From Candidatus Latescibacterota bacterium (GTDB lineage Bacteria > Latescibacterota > CBDEFO01): a stretch of 64,000 bases of DNA. Location: positions 3,008,001-3,072,000 of the forward strand of contig OZ252149.1 of the NCBI GenBank assembly GCA_965248755.1. Reading direction: 5' to 3'. Below the pieces are notes generated by a model that had not been told where the DNA came from, made no database searches, and saw only the letters and a list, made by a program, of their open reading frames with translations. Shown piece by piece: positions 19,261 through 29,442 of the stretch (its first letter is position 1; each line of letters starts with the position of its first letter). The position numbers and the translations under genes are program-made.

Positions 19261-20220
19261 CTATGCTGCAGTAGGATCGATTTTAGCGCCGCCTGCCGCG
19301 TCTCCGACGTAGTTTTCGACTACCTGCTCAGGGTGCCTGTCCTGAGTGACTGCAGTCGCCGAGCAGTTGGCAAAGTAGTTTCTGGCTATGACTCCCAATG
19401 GGGAGTTTGCCTCTGCCGCCTCAAAGGTGATTCCCACTTCATCACCGGCGTCAGTTGCGCCCAGGAAGAAGTTATCTACTATGAACGCACCGTATCTGGT
19501 CGTCGCATTTGTCCTGGTGGGCACAGTTATCGCAGTATCCCCGTCGTCCATCATAAAGAAACAGTCCTTTATGATCGGCCTTGTCGAATCCCAGACGATG
19601 TCAGCGCCGTCAAATCCGGGAGCAAAAAAGCACCGCTCGATTATACACTCGCCGGCGTCGTTTGTACCATCTCCCAGACGTATTCCGTTGCCTCCTGCCT
19701 GTTCGTTCCATCCTGCAATAAACATGTCGTGAAGATACGTATAGTTGGTCGCTGCTGTGTCTGCGATATCAATGATACCGTGGAGAGCTTGAGCGCTTAC
19801 ACCGATCCTGAAGAACCCTATTTCTACATTATCAGCCTCTACTGCCAATAGTTCATTGACATTACCGCTTGGCCCGTTCAACGATGGACAGCCGTACCCG
19901 TAGGGCGCGGGCGGATAGCCCAGAAGCCGGATATCGTCCTTATCGATAGTAAGAACACCACCGGGCGTATGCGTCCCCCGCAAAAGAACGATCGTATCCC
20001 CTCTTCCTGAAACACACGAATCGAGGGCTTTCTGGACGGTGGCCAAGGGAGTTAAAGGGCTTGCCCCATCGTTATTGTCAGAAGGACCTTTGCCCTCCGG
20101 ATGGGCTACATGCCCTGTGGTAGGCGCTACAAAGAATGTCTTACCTGTAAGAGAGGAATAGTAACTATTCCCCCCGATGATAGCGTCAACGCTTAATACA
20201 CCGAAATTTGTCAATCCCAT
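19261..20220 (-). CDS. Right-handed beta-helix (pectin-lyase-fold) virion protein
   Basis: GPSDNNDGASPLTPLATVQKALD..GRGDTIVL N-terminal signature and repeated I.(E/D)(R/C/N).F rungs. Confidence 0.7.
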   Translation of the reverse strand: MGLTNFGVLSVDAIIGGNSYYSSLTGKTFFVAPTTGHVAHPEGKGPSDNNDGASPLTPLATVQKALDSCVSGRGDTIVLLRGTHTPGGVLTIDKDDIRLLGYPPAPYGYGCPSLNGPSGNVNELLAVEADNVEIGFFRIGVSAQALHGIIDIADTAATNYTYLHDMFIAGWNEQAGGNGIRLGDGTNDAGECIIERCFFAPGFDGADIVWDSTRPIIKDCFFMMDDGDTAITVPTRTNATTRYGAFIVDNFFLGATDAGDEVGITFEAAEANSPLGVIARNYFANCSATAVTQDRHPEQVVENYVGDAAGGAKIDPTAA

Positions 20221-20637
20221 CAATTCTCCTCCTTATGCTTAAGTAAGTAGTATACACAATGTAGGGGCGAGGTCATCTCGCCCGCAGTAGGCAGGGAGGG
20301 GATGAGGTGCTTCCTGCCCCCGACTTGATCGGGGGTTACCCCGCCTAACGTGTGTTTCCGTAGGGTCGAGAGCACTTCGTGCCTTTCTGTCTCTGCTCCC
20401 CAGCAAGGCTCCGTGCCCCCATCCTTGGAGATTGCTTCGGCCCGATTGAGCCATTCGGGGAGAGGCCCGATAGATGCAATCGGGGGCGCTCGCAATGACG
20501 TTACTTAGTTTGGGTCATTGCGAGGAGATTCTTCCCTGTTGATCAAGAGGGGCTTCACCCCGAAGCAATCTCGGTTACAATAGACACGATGTAGGGGCGA
20601 GGTCCACTCGCCCCCTTGCCTTACCTGTCTACTGTTT

Positions 20638-21540
20638 TTATGCTCCTGGAGATCCGAAGACGCCCCTGAAGTCGCTCCATCCCACGCCAAAGCGCATAGT
20701 GCCCTTTATCTTCAGATCGCCTGTATCGAAGTCCTCACCCGGCGTCACGGTAAACCTCTTCCTCCAGAAGAAATTCAGTTCGTGATCGTCCTTTTCGCCT
20801 ACTAAGAACCAGGCGTCAGGGTCGGTCAGATAGTGCCACACAAATGGCCGTAAGCTTAACATCTGAAAGGCGTTTTCAGCGTTATTTGCCGTATCGGGAC
20901 GGCCCGAAGACTTCAAAAGCTCGAAGGTGTCCCACTCTGACTCGTTAGGCACGACTAAAAGTCTCGGCTTTACGGCCATCTTCAGCCCTGCGTCATCTGT
21001 AAAGTCCTCAAAGTCGTTTATCGCCTGACGAAGCGACGTGACGGAAAGGTCGGCGTCGGTTGAGAGCTTGTTCTGCTCGGTGCCGCCTGCCTTTACAAGC
21101 GGGTGGTCTGTCGCAAATAGTGGCTTAGCGTCAGCGCCGGGGTAGCTTGTGTTGAAGCCGTTATTGAAGACATCGGCGGTGACGATCTCGACAGTCTGAG
21201 CCGCAGACCTTCCTAATGCCCTTGCCATCCGCCTCATAGGGCTGTAGAAGTCGTCCTCTCTCATCTCCTCTGATACCCTGAAACCGAGTCCGTAGGTAAC
21301 ATGAGTGTATCGCTTTTTGAACCCCTGAACAGGGTCATCGTAGCTGATCGCCTCACCTTCGTCCTTTGTGGAGAAGAGCCCCAATCCGCTGACCGAAGCG
21401 TCCTCCTCGTACTGACTGTCCGAGGAGTGGACGTTGAATATGAAAGAGTATTCCTCTGGATAGGACTTATACTTATTGAAGATGACCTTCCTCAATCCAG
21501 CGGCTAACAGAAACTCGAAGTTTGGCGAAATTGATGCCAT
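20638..21540 (-). CDS. Major capsid protein (Mu gpT-like family)
   Basis: KDEGEAISYD, RYTHVTYGLGFRVSEE, GADAKPLFATDHP, HYLTDPDAWF, DFDTGDLKIK..RFGVGWSDFRGVFGSPGA. Confidence 0.88.
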   Translation of the reverse strand: MASISPNFEFLLAAGLRKVIFNKYKSYPEEYSFIFNVHSSDSQYEEDASVSGLGLFSTKDEGEAISYDDPVQGFKKRYTHVTYGLGFRVSEEMREDDFYSPMRRMARALGRSAAQTVEIVTADVFNNGFNTSYPGADAKPLFATDHPLVKAGGTEQNKLSTDADLSVTSLRQAINDFEDFTDDAGLKMAVKPRLLVVPNESEWDTFELLKSSGRPDTANNAENAFQMLSLRPFVWHYLTDPDAWFLVGEKDDHELNFFWRKRFTVTPGEDFDTGDLKIKGTMRFGVGWSDFRGVFGSPGA

Positions 21541-21704
21541 CTATTTCCTCCTTTTCTAAACGTGCGTTCTCGTAGGGGCACGCCCGATAGAGTCATTCGG
21601 GGACAGACCCCCGATGGGATCGTTCGAGGGCAGGCCCGTGTGTCTGCCCTAAACAATTGAGAGACTTTGATGCGGTAGGTCAGACATTCCTGTCTGACAC
21701 TAAA

Positions 21705-22211
21705 TTACACTCCAGTTGTCTGCTTGAGCTGATGCTCGTTGATCTGTACAGCGATCCTGGCCCACGATCCCCATGCGTTTCCGACGACCTTATGGAGACC
21801 TAAAACCCTCAATTGAGCAGAGCCAGTCGTAACCCCGGATATATCCAGTTCGTGCCCGGACAGTTTGCTGTCCACATCTCCCGTTCCGGCGACTACGTCT
21901 GCGTTGTTTCCCACGTGAGTCTGCGCAGATGCAACAGCAGCTCCGTCGTCCTGGACAGAGAAGACAGTGTCGGGGTCATCATAGACCCAGACCGAGTCTG
22001 TCTTAGAAGCGGTGCTGAAGTTTCCCGCTACACCCAAAAGGGCATTGCCGGCCGCAGCCGCAGCCACGTAGCCGTCCGCCTCCAGCTTTACGGCATCTCC
22101 GATGTAAATTGCTGACGCCGAATTATCCTTTGTATACTTGACGAGCCTCGGCGGTCCGCCCTGCTTGGTCTGGATCGGACTTAACCCTCTCGGACTATCT
22201 ACATTTGCCAT
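21705..22211 (-). CDS. Capsid decoration / cement protein
   Basis: MANVDSPRGLSP..IYIGDAV..VYDDPDTVFSVQ; directly upstream of the major capsid gene. Confidence 0.72.
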   Translation of the reverse strand: MANVDSPRGLSPIQTKQGGPPRLVKYTKDNSASAIYIGDAVKLEADGYVAAAAAGNALLGVAGNFSTASKTDSVWVYDDPDTVFSVQDDGAAVASAQTHVGNNADVVAGTGDVDSKLSGHELDISGVTTGSAQLRVLGLHKVVGNAWGSWARIAVQINEHQLKQTTGV

Positions 22212-22281
22212 CTTTACCTCCTTTTCTTGCTCTAACGAGCGTTTTTGTACGGGCGTGGCAATCTCGCCCCTACATCCTTAT

Positions 22282-22731
22282 TCAGCGTTGGATACTTAAT
22301 CTTCCGAAGACGAACTCTTCGGCTTCCTTTTTACTCATTCCACCGCGTGTCAGGGCGTGCTGAGCCCTGTCTATAGCCTCGTCAACATCGTCCACAAGCT
22401 TTCTGACTTGAGATGAACTTTCCTCCTGGAAGTGCCTGTTCCTTTTTTCCGCCAACTCCTCGGGCATCTCACAGAGGGTCATCTCCCTGCGTTGAATACC
22501 GGAGGTCAACTGCGATCCACTCTGGGGATCGTGTTGTTTCTTCTCCTTTGCCTGGACGGGATTCCAACCGTCGTACTTTTTAGTCTCAAGGTTCTCAGTT
22601 ACGACCCATCTTAAGCGTTTGCCCTCCTTTTTCTTCTGCTCCTTAAGATCAGAATCGAGGGCCAGAAGATCAGGTCTTGTCCACTCGGCTACCACCTCTA
22701 CCCTATCTTTTCGTTCCTTTCCTGTTCCCAT
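22282..22731 (-). CDS. Conserved phage head-module protein
   Basis: RLRWV..GWNPV..EMTLCEMPEELAEKRNRHF, typical of genes upstream of cement/MCP in such phages. Confidence 0.6.
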   Translation of the reverse strand: MGTGKERKDRVEVVAEWTRPDLLALDSDLKEQKKKEGKRLRWVVTENLETKKYDGWNPVQAKEKKQHDPQSGSQLTSGIQRREMTLCEMPEELAEKRNRHFQEESSSQVRKLVDDVDEAIDRAQHALTRGGMSKKEAEEFVFGRLSIQR

Positions 22732-23393
22732 AGTGCTCTCTGCTCCTTTAAGATATTTATAGTTGACTGTTCGTACGACTGCTTGATATGCAAGAGAGAA
22801 GCCCGGCAGATATGATCGCACGGGACATCCAGATTTACGGCTACACTAAACCCACAAGCCTTCGCCTTTATGCAGAAATAGAGATCTGATCCCACCTTGA
22901 CTGTCCCATCTGCGTTTAGCCACAGGTCGAACGGTATCTTCATTTCGGCATGCTCCAGGACCCTTCTGTGTATCATAATACATCCTGCACCGACGGCATC
23001 TACTTCACAAATCCCGCCAAAGACTTCCGGATTGACGATAGTAAAGGCTTCATCTTCGGAGTTGTAGTAGTATATACAGGGGCCTGGAACGTCTAATGGC
23101 TTATAAGTTGATAAGCACAGCCCGCCGCAGATGTCGTGTCCAGACGTGGCTAATTTGAGAGGGTCTGTAGTCGGAACGACATCATCATCGATCATCAAGA
23201 GCCATTCTTTATCCGCCTTAAGGAAATCGGCAACTATGGCGTTTCTTACCACGTGCGATCCTTGATGTCCGTCCTTGAAGCTTATATATAGATCGGGATA
23301 AGCCTTTCGGAGCGTCAAAATATGCCTGACAGTCCCCCGGTGCAGCCATCCTGTAGTCGGAATTGCAAGGAACACGTCTTTGGGATTTACCAT
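22698..23393 (-). CDS. GT-A fold glycosyltransferase
   Basis: RNAIV..WLLMIDDDV (DxD), VDAVGAGCIMIHRRVLE, GSDLYFC..A..GF. Confidence 0.8.
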   Translation of the reverse strand: MVNPKDVFLAIPTTGWLHRGTVRHILTLRKAYPDLYISFKDGHQGSHVVRNAIVADFLKADKEWLLMIDDDVVPTTDPLKLATSGHDICGGLCLSTYKPLDVPGPCIYYYNSEDEAFTIVNPEVFGGICEVDAVGAGCIMIHRRVLEHAEMKIPFDLWLNADGTVKVGSDLYFCIKAKACGFSVAVNLDVPCDHICRASLLHIKQSYEQSTINILKEQRALWEQERNEKIG

Positions 23394-23663
23394 TATCGTT
23401 TCCTATCTACTGTCTATTGAGCGAACACGTGAGCCTGTCCCCGAAATGAATGTCATTCCCGTGGAAACGGGAATCCAGGGATGCCATGAAACCCTACTAC
23501 CTGTCCCCGAAAGGTTGAAGCGGGGGCCTGCCCTCGAACGATTCTATCGGTGATTCACCCCGAAGCAATCTCGCTAAACGTTCGTTTTTCGTAGGGGCAG
23601 ACCCGTGTGTCTGCCCTTGCCTTCTTTGGGTCATTGCGAGCGAAGCGAAGCAATCTCATCTGT

Positions 23664-24410
23664 CTACTGTCTACTGCTTTTAAATCCTTCTCTTCTCATC
23701 TCGGACGCACCGTCTACCAAATCCTTTTCGGAGAGCCCTAACTTTCTTGCTATCGACCTCCCGATAGCTCCCACACTTTCTTTTTCTTCTTTCGGTGAAG
23801 AGGGGCTCTCGACAAAGGGCATAGAGTATTCAATGGACGTCTCACTTTCCGCCATCGCATCATCCACTGTCTGCTCTTCCCTTGCTTCTTTTTCCTTTCC
23901 CTGTCTCCCCCGATTGAATCTATCGGGGCCTACTGTTTGCTGTCTACTTGCCTTGGACGCCCTGGCTAACCGATAGGCAATATCCAGAGCAGATGTCAGA
24001 TCGATCTGGCTTAAGCGTTGCAAAGCAGGCGTCCTTTGAGTCACCTCTATCATCTGTGGTATCATCTCGTTGAAGTCCTCGTAGCGTTGAGAAGGAGATT
24101 CGAGCTTTACGGACTTCGCCTTTTGGCTTTCTTCTTTGAAGAGTTCTTTACCCTTTCCCTGAGTGAGTTGATCCCCGATTGAATCTATCGGAGACCCTTC
24201 AGCCCGACGTGCGTCATCAGGTTCGGCGGAATCTTCCAGAATATTCGTATCGTGTAAGTACGATTCAACGACCTCTTGGTGATCCTCCCGGGACAGCCGA
24301 GGATCGTCGCCTGTATCCTCTTGTTCATCACGGACTTGCACCTGATCTTTTATGTCATCATCCTTGGTCTGCAAAGGCTCAGTCTGTAGAGATTCAGTCT
24401 GTAGAGACAT
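23664..24410 (-). CDS. Putative scaffolding protein
   Basis: Acidic low-complexity N-terminus, C-terminal IARKLGLSEKD motif, located between portal and capsid genes. Confidence 0.55.
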   Translation of the reverse strand: MSLQTESLQTEPLQTKDDDIKDQVQVRDEQEDTGDDPRLSREDHQEVVESYLHDTNILEDSAEPDDARRAEGSPIDSIGDQLTQGKGKELFKEESQKAKSVKLESPSQRYEDFNEMIPQMIEVTQRTPALQRLSQIDLTSALDIAYRLARASKASRQQTVGPDRFNRGRQGKEKEAREEQTVDDAMAESETSIEYSMPFVESPSSPKEEKESVGAIGRSIARKLGLSEKDLVDGASEMRREGFKSSRQ

Positions 24411-24424
24411 CGCATCCTCCTTGT

Positions 24425-24694
24425 TTATCTTTTCCTTAGCGTAATTGAGATAGTTATCGTGTTCTCGTCCTCATTCGACTCTATTTTCATAGCGCTGCAC
24501 ACCGTTTGGAGGGCCACAGAGACTGCGCCCTCGATAATCTCCTCGAACACGCCTACAGCCTTCATGCTCATCAAAAGATCACATTTGATATACGCTTCTA
24601 ATTTGTCCGACACGGTCTTTTTGATCGAAGGGATCAAAAGGTCGGCAAGCTTAGCCTGCTTGGTAGCCTTCTGGGTCTCAGTCTGTTGAGACAT
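24425..24694 (-). CDS. Hypothetical phage protein
   Basis: ORF coupled within the operon. Confidence 0.5.
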   Translation of the reverse strand: MSQQTETQKATKQAKLADLLIPSIKKTVSDKLEAYIKCDLLMSMKAVGVFEEIIEGAVSVALQTVCSAMKIESNEDENTITISITLRKR

Positions 24695-24941
24695 CGTTGA
24701 GTTTTCCCTCCTTTATCACCTGTTTGGGGATACTCATAATCTCCAAAGCCGCGTGGAGTTTCCCCTTATGATAGAGCACCTCTTCCCACGAATGGCTACT
24801 TATGACCTTGTTCGTCTCCATTTCCCTGTAAGCCTCAATCCTTTTGGATAGTACCTCCCATCCGGGGTGGCGCATAAGTTCCTCTATGATCTCAGTGTCC
24901 TCTATACGCTTGGTCTTTTCCTTACTCGATGTTTTCATCAT
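24678..24941 (-). CDS. Small portal-adjacent phage protein
   Basis: LMRHPGWEVL..YHKGKLHAALEIMSIP; overlaps the portal stop. Confidence 0.6.
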   Translation of the reverse strand: MMKTSSKEKTKRIEDTEIIEELMRHPGWEVLSKRIEAYREMETNKVISSHSWEEVLYHKGKLHAALEIMSIPKQVIKEGKLNDVSTD

Positions 24942-26787
24942 CAGATCCCTGTAGAGACTCAAGATAAGACGTCAAGCCAAGCGTTGACGCTTTTCCGTCA
25001 CGTTGTGCGGTTTTTCTATTGCGACTCCGTTTACGACCATTTTGTGTCGAGCGTTGATCTCGAAGCGTCTCCTTGGGTCTTTGACCTATAATCCCCGCGA
25101 TATCCTTTTCGTCGTGTGCCAAAAGGAGTCTCCTTGTGACCTCAAAGACCCTGGACGGATCGCCCTTAATCAGAGAATTATTGATCAGGCGGTCGTACAG
25201 AAAGACAGAGGTCTGCCTTTGGGCCTGTTTATTGATACTTTGAGTATTGCCAGAGAGTATATAGTCGAATTTGCCCTGGATAGATTCCCTTGGGATCTCC
25301 TCAAATACATCCTTCCCGTCTTTTCCTGTAACACGAATTACAGTCTCTGGAGCTATGTACTGCTGATTGATCTGCACGACCTGCTCTAAGAACTCCCTGA
25401 ATGACTCCTGTATTCCCTTGATGATTAGATCTATTCTGGCATTTGCCTCCTGGATAACCGCCATTGTCCCTGTAGCCGTCCTTGGGGCATTAGGTGTGTC
25501 GGGAGACCTTCCCACAAGAAAGTCAGAAATGCCGAGGATACGCTCGATGTAAGCCAACACCAGTTGCTCTTCGTTAAAGTAGAAGGACGTCACATCGGGG
25601 TGCTTCGGGAAGAGAATCCCGTTTACGTCAGACACAGCGTATCCCCTTCCCGGTTCGAGGTTAAGTGTCTCGGGGAGTCCGGTCGAAGTCGGCTCGTAGA
25701 AGAAATAGGGGATATTCGTAACCGTCCCGGAATCTATCCTTTGATTGTGTAGGGCATTTATCTCCTCCTGGAGGTCCCTTATCCTTTCTGGTATCCCGAT
25801 GGAGTAGAACCTTGCGGGGACCCGGACAAAGTGGAAGTCTATAAATGGCCGTTTCCCGTGTTGAAAGAGATCGTCCAGAAAGACAGCCCTTAATAGCCTT
25901 CTTGCCTCCTTTGCCACCGTAAAGACACATTCCTCCTCGAAGCCGTCTTCATCAACATCGTATCTTCCGTACCACTCCAATATCTCTATTTCATTTGCCT
26001 CATCCGATCCAGTGGTTGTAACCCCTTCCAGATCGTCCTCTACCACTCTGATAGCATCTTGAGGATCAGACCTGCTATTGTCGTCTGCAAAGACCTTGAG
26101 ATCCTCATCCACATTTTGGTATATACCCTCCACTGCTCTCTTTTTGAGGTCATCGAATCTGACCCAGCACCTGTGGATAAGGTGATCGCAGCTTTGCAGA
26201 TCTTTAGCATTAGACGGGATTATAAGATCGGCTGTATCCACCACCTCGAACCTCGGCCCCTCATATACCACGATCTCTTTTTTATTTCCTTTCGCTGTGA
26301 CTGTAGGGGCAGCAGGCCCATGTGTTTGCCCTGATCCATCTTCCCTCACAGTCCGCGTCACCCTCTCCCACGTAAGCTTACCACAAGCAGTGCCGTCAAT
26401 TAGGGTCAGCGTAACGATGTCGTAGAAAGTCCAGTAGACCTTCATGTGATTGTTCAATTCCCAGTGCAGAAACTGCTCAAGGATCCTTGCCCGTTCGACA
26501 TCGCCCTTTTCTATCGCCCTGACATTAGCAACAGGCGAGGAGTCAAAAAGAGCCTTCATCAACTTGGGTGTAAGCGTATCCACAACCGTACCCGTCACAG
26601 GGACGTGGAGATTGGAGGCGTTCTCCCATGGCCACGACTTCGGCTCGGTTACGCCCCTGTACTGTTTTCTGTAATCCGCCCTCTTGTGGAGCCATTCGTC
26701 CCTGTTTTGCGTATCGCGGTTGTAGTCGTCCAGGACCCTTTGGACGATCGCCTCTTCCATAGTCTCCGTCAGTTTGATTTGTCCCAT
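24922..26787 (-). CDS. Portal protein (podovirus type)
   Basis: WPWENASNLHVP, GIPERIRDLQEEINALHNQRID, RTATG; 621 aa; first gene of the head operon. Confidence 0.88.
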   Translation of the reverse strand: MGQIKLTETMEEAIVQRVLDDYNRDTQNRDEWLHKRADYRKQYRGVTEPKSWPWENASNLHVPVTGTVVDTLTPKLMKALFDSSPVANVRAIEKGDVERARILEQFLHWELNNHMKVYWTFYDIVTLTLIDGTACGKLTWERVTRTVREDGSGQTHGPAAPTVTAKGNKKEIVVYEGPRFEVVDTADLIIPSNAKDLQSCDHLIHRCWVRFDDLKKRAVEGIYQNVDEDLKVFADDNSRSDPQDAIRVVEDDLEGVTTTGSDEANEIEILEWYGRYDVDEDGFEEECVFTVAKEARRLLRAVFLDDLFQHGKRPFIDFHFVRVPARFYSIGIPERIRDLQEEINALHNQRIDSGTVTNIPYFFYEPTSTGLPETLNLEPGRGYAVSDVNGILFPKHPDVTSFYFNEEQLVLAYIERILGISDFLVGRSPDTPNAPRTATGTMAVIQEANARIDLIIKGIQESFREFLEQVVQINQQYIAPETVIRVTGKDGKDVFEEIPRESIQGKFDYILSGNTQSINKQAQRQTSVFLYDRLINNSLIKGDPSRVFEVTRRLLLAHDEKDIAGIIGQRPKETLRDQRSTQNGRKRSRNRKTAQRDGKASTLGLTSYLESLQGSDDENIE

Positions 26788-26867
26788 AGCCTTTCCCTGT
26801 GAAGATGATTTAGAGGGTTTTCTATCTACTACTCGCTCGTATACTATTCATTTGTTCATATAGAGTA

Positions 26868-26935
26868 AATATAAGACAAACTCCGCATTCAGTCAAACCG
26901 CAGGATGCGTTATCTTCCGCAATCTTCCTATTTGG
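26868..26935 (-). promoter_or_regulatory. Promoter of the portal-to-lysis operon
   Basis: Minus strand: ATAGGAAGATTGCGGAAGATAACGCATCCTGCGGT-TTGACT-N17-TATATT; homologous to 37585-37652. Confidence 0.8.
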
Positions 26936-26961
26936 AGAAAAAAAATAGCGAGTGCGTTTAG

Positions 26962-27066
26962 CCCGAATAATTCACAAAACAAGCCGTGTATTAATTAAGT
27001 GATTGTATTATAGTTATGGCGTTTGACCACCTTCGTTGTCATTGCGAGCGAAGCAAAGCAATCTCG
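26962..27066 (+). mobile_element. Partial MITE (left part), homologous to 62074-62186
   Basis: CCCGAATAATTCAC...GCCGTGTATTAATTAAG...GTCATTGCGAG shared with the MITE at 62074. Confidence 0.7.
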
Positions 27067-27349
27067 CTCTTGAATATACAGATTGTAGGGGCGAGGTCCA
27101 CTCGCCCCAAGGTCGGCATAATCCCACCTCTACCTTTAATCTAGATTGCCTATTTGGAGGCTTCAAAATTCCCGAATATCCGACTAATTCGCTAAATGCA
27201 ACCTTTCCGAATAACAATACGTGGTTGAAATAGTCCTTGACTTATCAATTTGATGTTCGTATTATCTTCCTGATGATTGTTTATATCGTTCTGTGTATAT
27301 CATAGTGATTTACAACGCCTTACGGGGCTTAAACTAAGGAGGGTAAGAA

Positions 27350-28321
27350 ATGAACAAAGTCTCTTTCATAACCTCAGCTTGCGTGTTTGTGATCTCTCTA
27401 TCCCTGGCAAGCTGCGGAGGAGAAAAAGAACAGGGTGCTACGGAGTCGAATCGTCAGGAAGACGCTGCAAAAGCGATTTCCGAAGCCAGAGCGCATGTGG
27501 AGAGGAAAGAATATAAGGAGGCCTTGGCGGCCTGCACTCGTGCGATAGAAGCCGACCCAGATGCGTATGACGCCTATACGATACGATGGGCGACTCTCGC
27601 AGAACTATGGGGGACTCGCGCACAAATTATGGCTCCAGTTGGAGCGCGCCACAAAATAACAATCTTGGCTCCACCACCTGAAGCGCGCAAAAAAATAAGT
27701 AGTAAAATCGATGCGTTCCTCCAATCGCACAAAGAAACACCAAAGGCGTTGGATACAGCCTATTGGGGCTATATGTTTCTTCCCGGGTATGGGCGCACCG
27801 AGAATGTCCCGGAAGATCTATTTACCAGGATGCTGCAATATCCCAAAACCGAGGCCTGGCTTTCAGCATTGTTGGGTTTAGCAGAGAAGAGCCTTAAGCC
27901 GCGTGAAAAATGGGACTATTACCGGCGCATAATTGATGAAGCTACGGCCGAGGATTTCCCTGAACTTTCTTTATGGTATGCCGAGGCGCATACAAAAATG
28001 CTGAAATTAGCAGAGCAGGAAAGTGCGCTGGCAGACGGAGAGTACCTCGATGAACTAATAGACCGCTACCTACAAGCGCATCTGACCTATAGTCGAAGCG
28101 CAAAACAGTGGTCCGGAGTGGCTTACACTGAAGCTGTCAAATGGCGTCTCAAGTTCGGAATCAAACTGGACAAGGCGTCGGAAGCGTTGGAACAAGCCGA
28201 GAATAGCCTAAAGGAACAAGAGACGCAAGAATGGCTTAAACAGATAGGTGGGAATCCGGAGGAAGTCCAGAAAAGCCTTGCACACCTGCGCGGTGAAATC
28301 TCCCAGCAACAGGGGCGCTAA
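27350..28321 (+). CDS. TPR-repeat lipoprotein, possibly C-terminally truncated
   Basis: Lipobox LASC; TPR-like helices; ends mid-repeat next to an IS1380 remnant. Confidence 0.7.
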   Translation: MNKVSFITSACVFVISLSLASCGGEKEQGATESNRQEDAAKAISEARAHVERKEYKEALAACTRAIEADPDAYDAYTIRWATLAELWGTRAQIMAPVGARHKITILAPPPEARKKISSKIDAFLQSHKETPKALDTAYWGYMFLPGYGRTENVPEDLFTRMLQYPKTEAWLSALLGLAEKSLKPREKWDYYRRIIDEATAEDFPELSLWYAEAHTKMLKLAEQESALADGEYLDELIDRYLQAHLTYSRSAKQWSGVAYTEAVKWRLKFGIKLDKASEALEQAENSLKEQETQEWLKQIGGNPEEVQKSLAHLRGEISQQQGR

Positions 28322-28358
28322 AGTTTTGTAGAGCAAAGGGACTGGATAGCTGGGTTTG

Positions 28359-28461
28359 ATTGAAAAAAGTACTTGTTGATAAATATAGAAGTGATAATAT
28401 TAATTCACTAATAAGATTGTATCGAAATATAATCCCTTATGAATGTGATATGGGGAATGTC
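28359..28461 (+). mobile_element. Remnant of an IS1380 right end
   Basis: About 100 bp closely similar to 1852-1954, including ATATGGGGAATGTC. Confidence 0.8.
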
Positions 28462-28645
28462 AAATTAATACTCTCTTCGAGGTATTGTACTTTGTTTTCA
28501 ATTTGAAAAAAGCCAAAAAAGCTTGGATGTTTTCTCTATCTCAGGTAACTATAGTATGACAGTGATATTAAGTTCTCATAGTATTTCTAGAATGATTGAT
28601 AAATACTAAATAGTTGTGAATTATATATTATATCATCAAAAAGGC

Positions 28646-28675
28646 TTGACAAAAGGGTTGGAATTGTAGTATAAT
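28646..28675 (+). promoter_or_regulatory. Consensus sigma70 promoter for the cargo operon
   Basis: TTGACA-N18-TATAAT upstream of 28774. Confidence 0.65.
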
Positions 28676-28773
28676 GTTAGCGATTACAGATGTGATCGAG
28701 AAGTCGTATATAATCTAGTAGAGGAAAAAGGATTTCTTATGAATTAGTAACCCTATAAAAGAAGGAGGGTTCG

Positions 28774-29442
28774 ATGATTCGCAAAATTTATTTCATAGGA
28801 TTATTGATGCTGGTAATGTTTCTTGGAGTAGTGCAGGGAGATGAATTGCCGGTGTTGGGTTTATATGAAGGTGATAACTTAGTATTTCTTTCAGTAGTAA
28901 ATGAGGGTGAATTGACTTTAAAGAGGGTTGGGGTGGAAGTAAGAGCGAAAGATCTACCCGAGTGGGTTCAGATCGGAGAACTAGTGAAGCGGATAGATAT
29001 ACCTAAAAGGTCTACTGGAACAGAAAAGCTGATGATTCCCATGTATGTGGAGGGAACAGTGGTGGGTGAAGCCTTCGAGCTACCAATAGTGTTGAGCGCT
29101 GAAGATGGCCGTACGTGGACGTTTGAGGTGTTGGTAGAGATTAAAAAGGCTCGTCCAAAGTCCTTCGCGCTTATGCAGAACGCACCTAATCCGTTCAATC
29201 CAGTCACATTGATTCAGTACACATTGGGAGGGAATCAAACTGTTCCCACGCAATTGAATATATTCAACATTATGGGGCAGAAGATACGGACATTGGTCAA
29301 TGAGCCCCAGGCGCCAGATTATTACTCCGTCATATGGAATGGCTTGGATGATCACGAACAAAAGGTCGCCACCGGAGTGTATTTCTTCAAACTAGCTGCA
29401 GGAAAATTTGTGAAGACAAGGAAAATGGTTTTGCTAAAATAA
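28774..29442 (+). CDS. Secreted protein with FlgD-Ig / T9SS-type C-terminal domain
   Basis: Signal peptide; FALMQNAPNPFNPVT.I.Y..IFNIMGQKIRTL..WNGLD..TGVYFFKL..TRKMVLLK. Confidence 0.85.
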   Translation: MIRKIYFIGLLMLVMFLGVVQGDELPVLGLYEGDNLVFLSVVNEGELTLKRVGVEVRAKDLPEWVQIGELVKRIDIPKRSTGTEKLMIPMYVEGTVVGEAFELPIVLSAEDGRTWTFEVLVEIKKARPKSFALMQNAPNPFNPVTLIQYTLGGNQTVPTQLNIFNIMGQKIRTLVNEPQAPDYYSVIWNGLDDHEQKVATGVYFFKLAAGKFVKTRKMVLLK

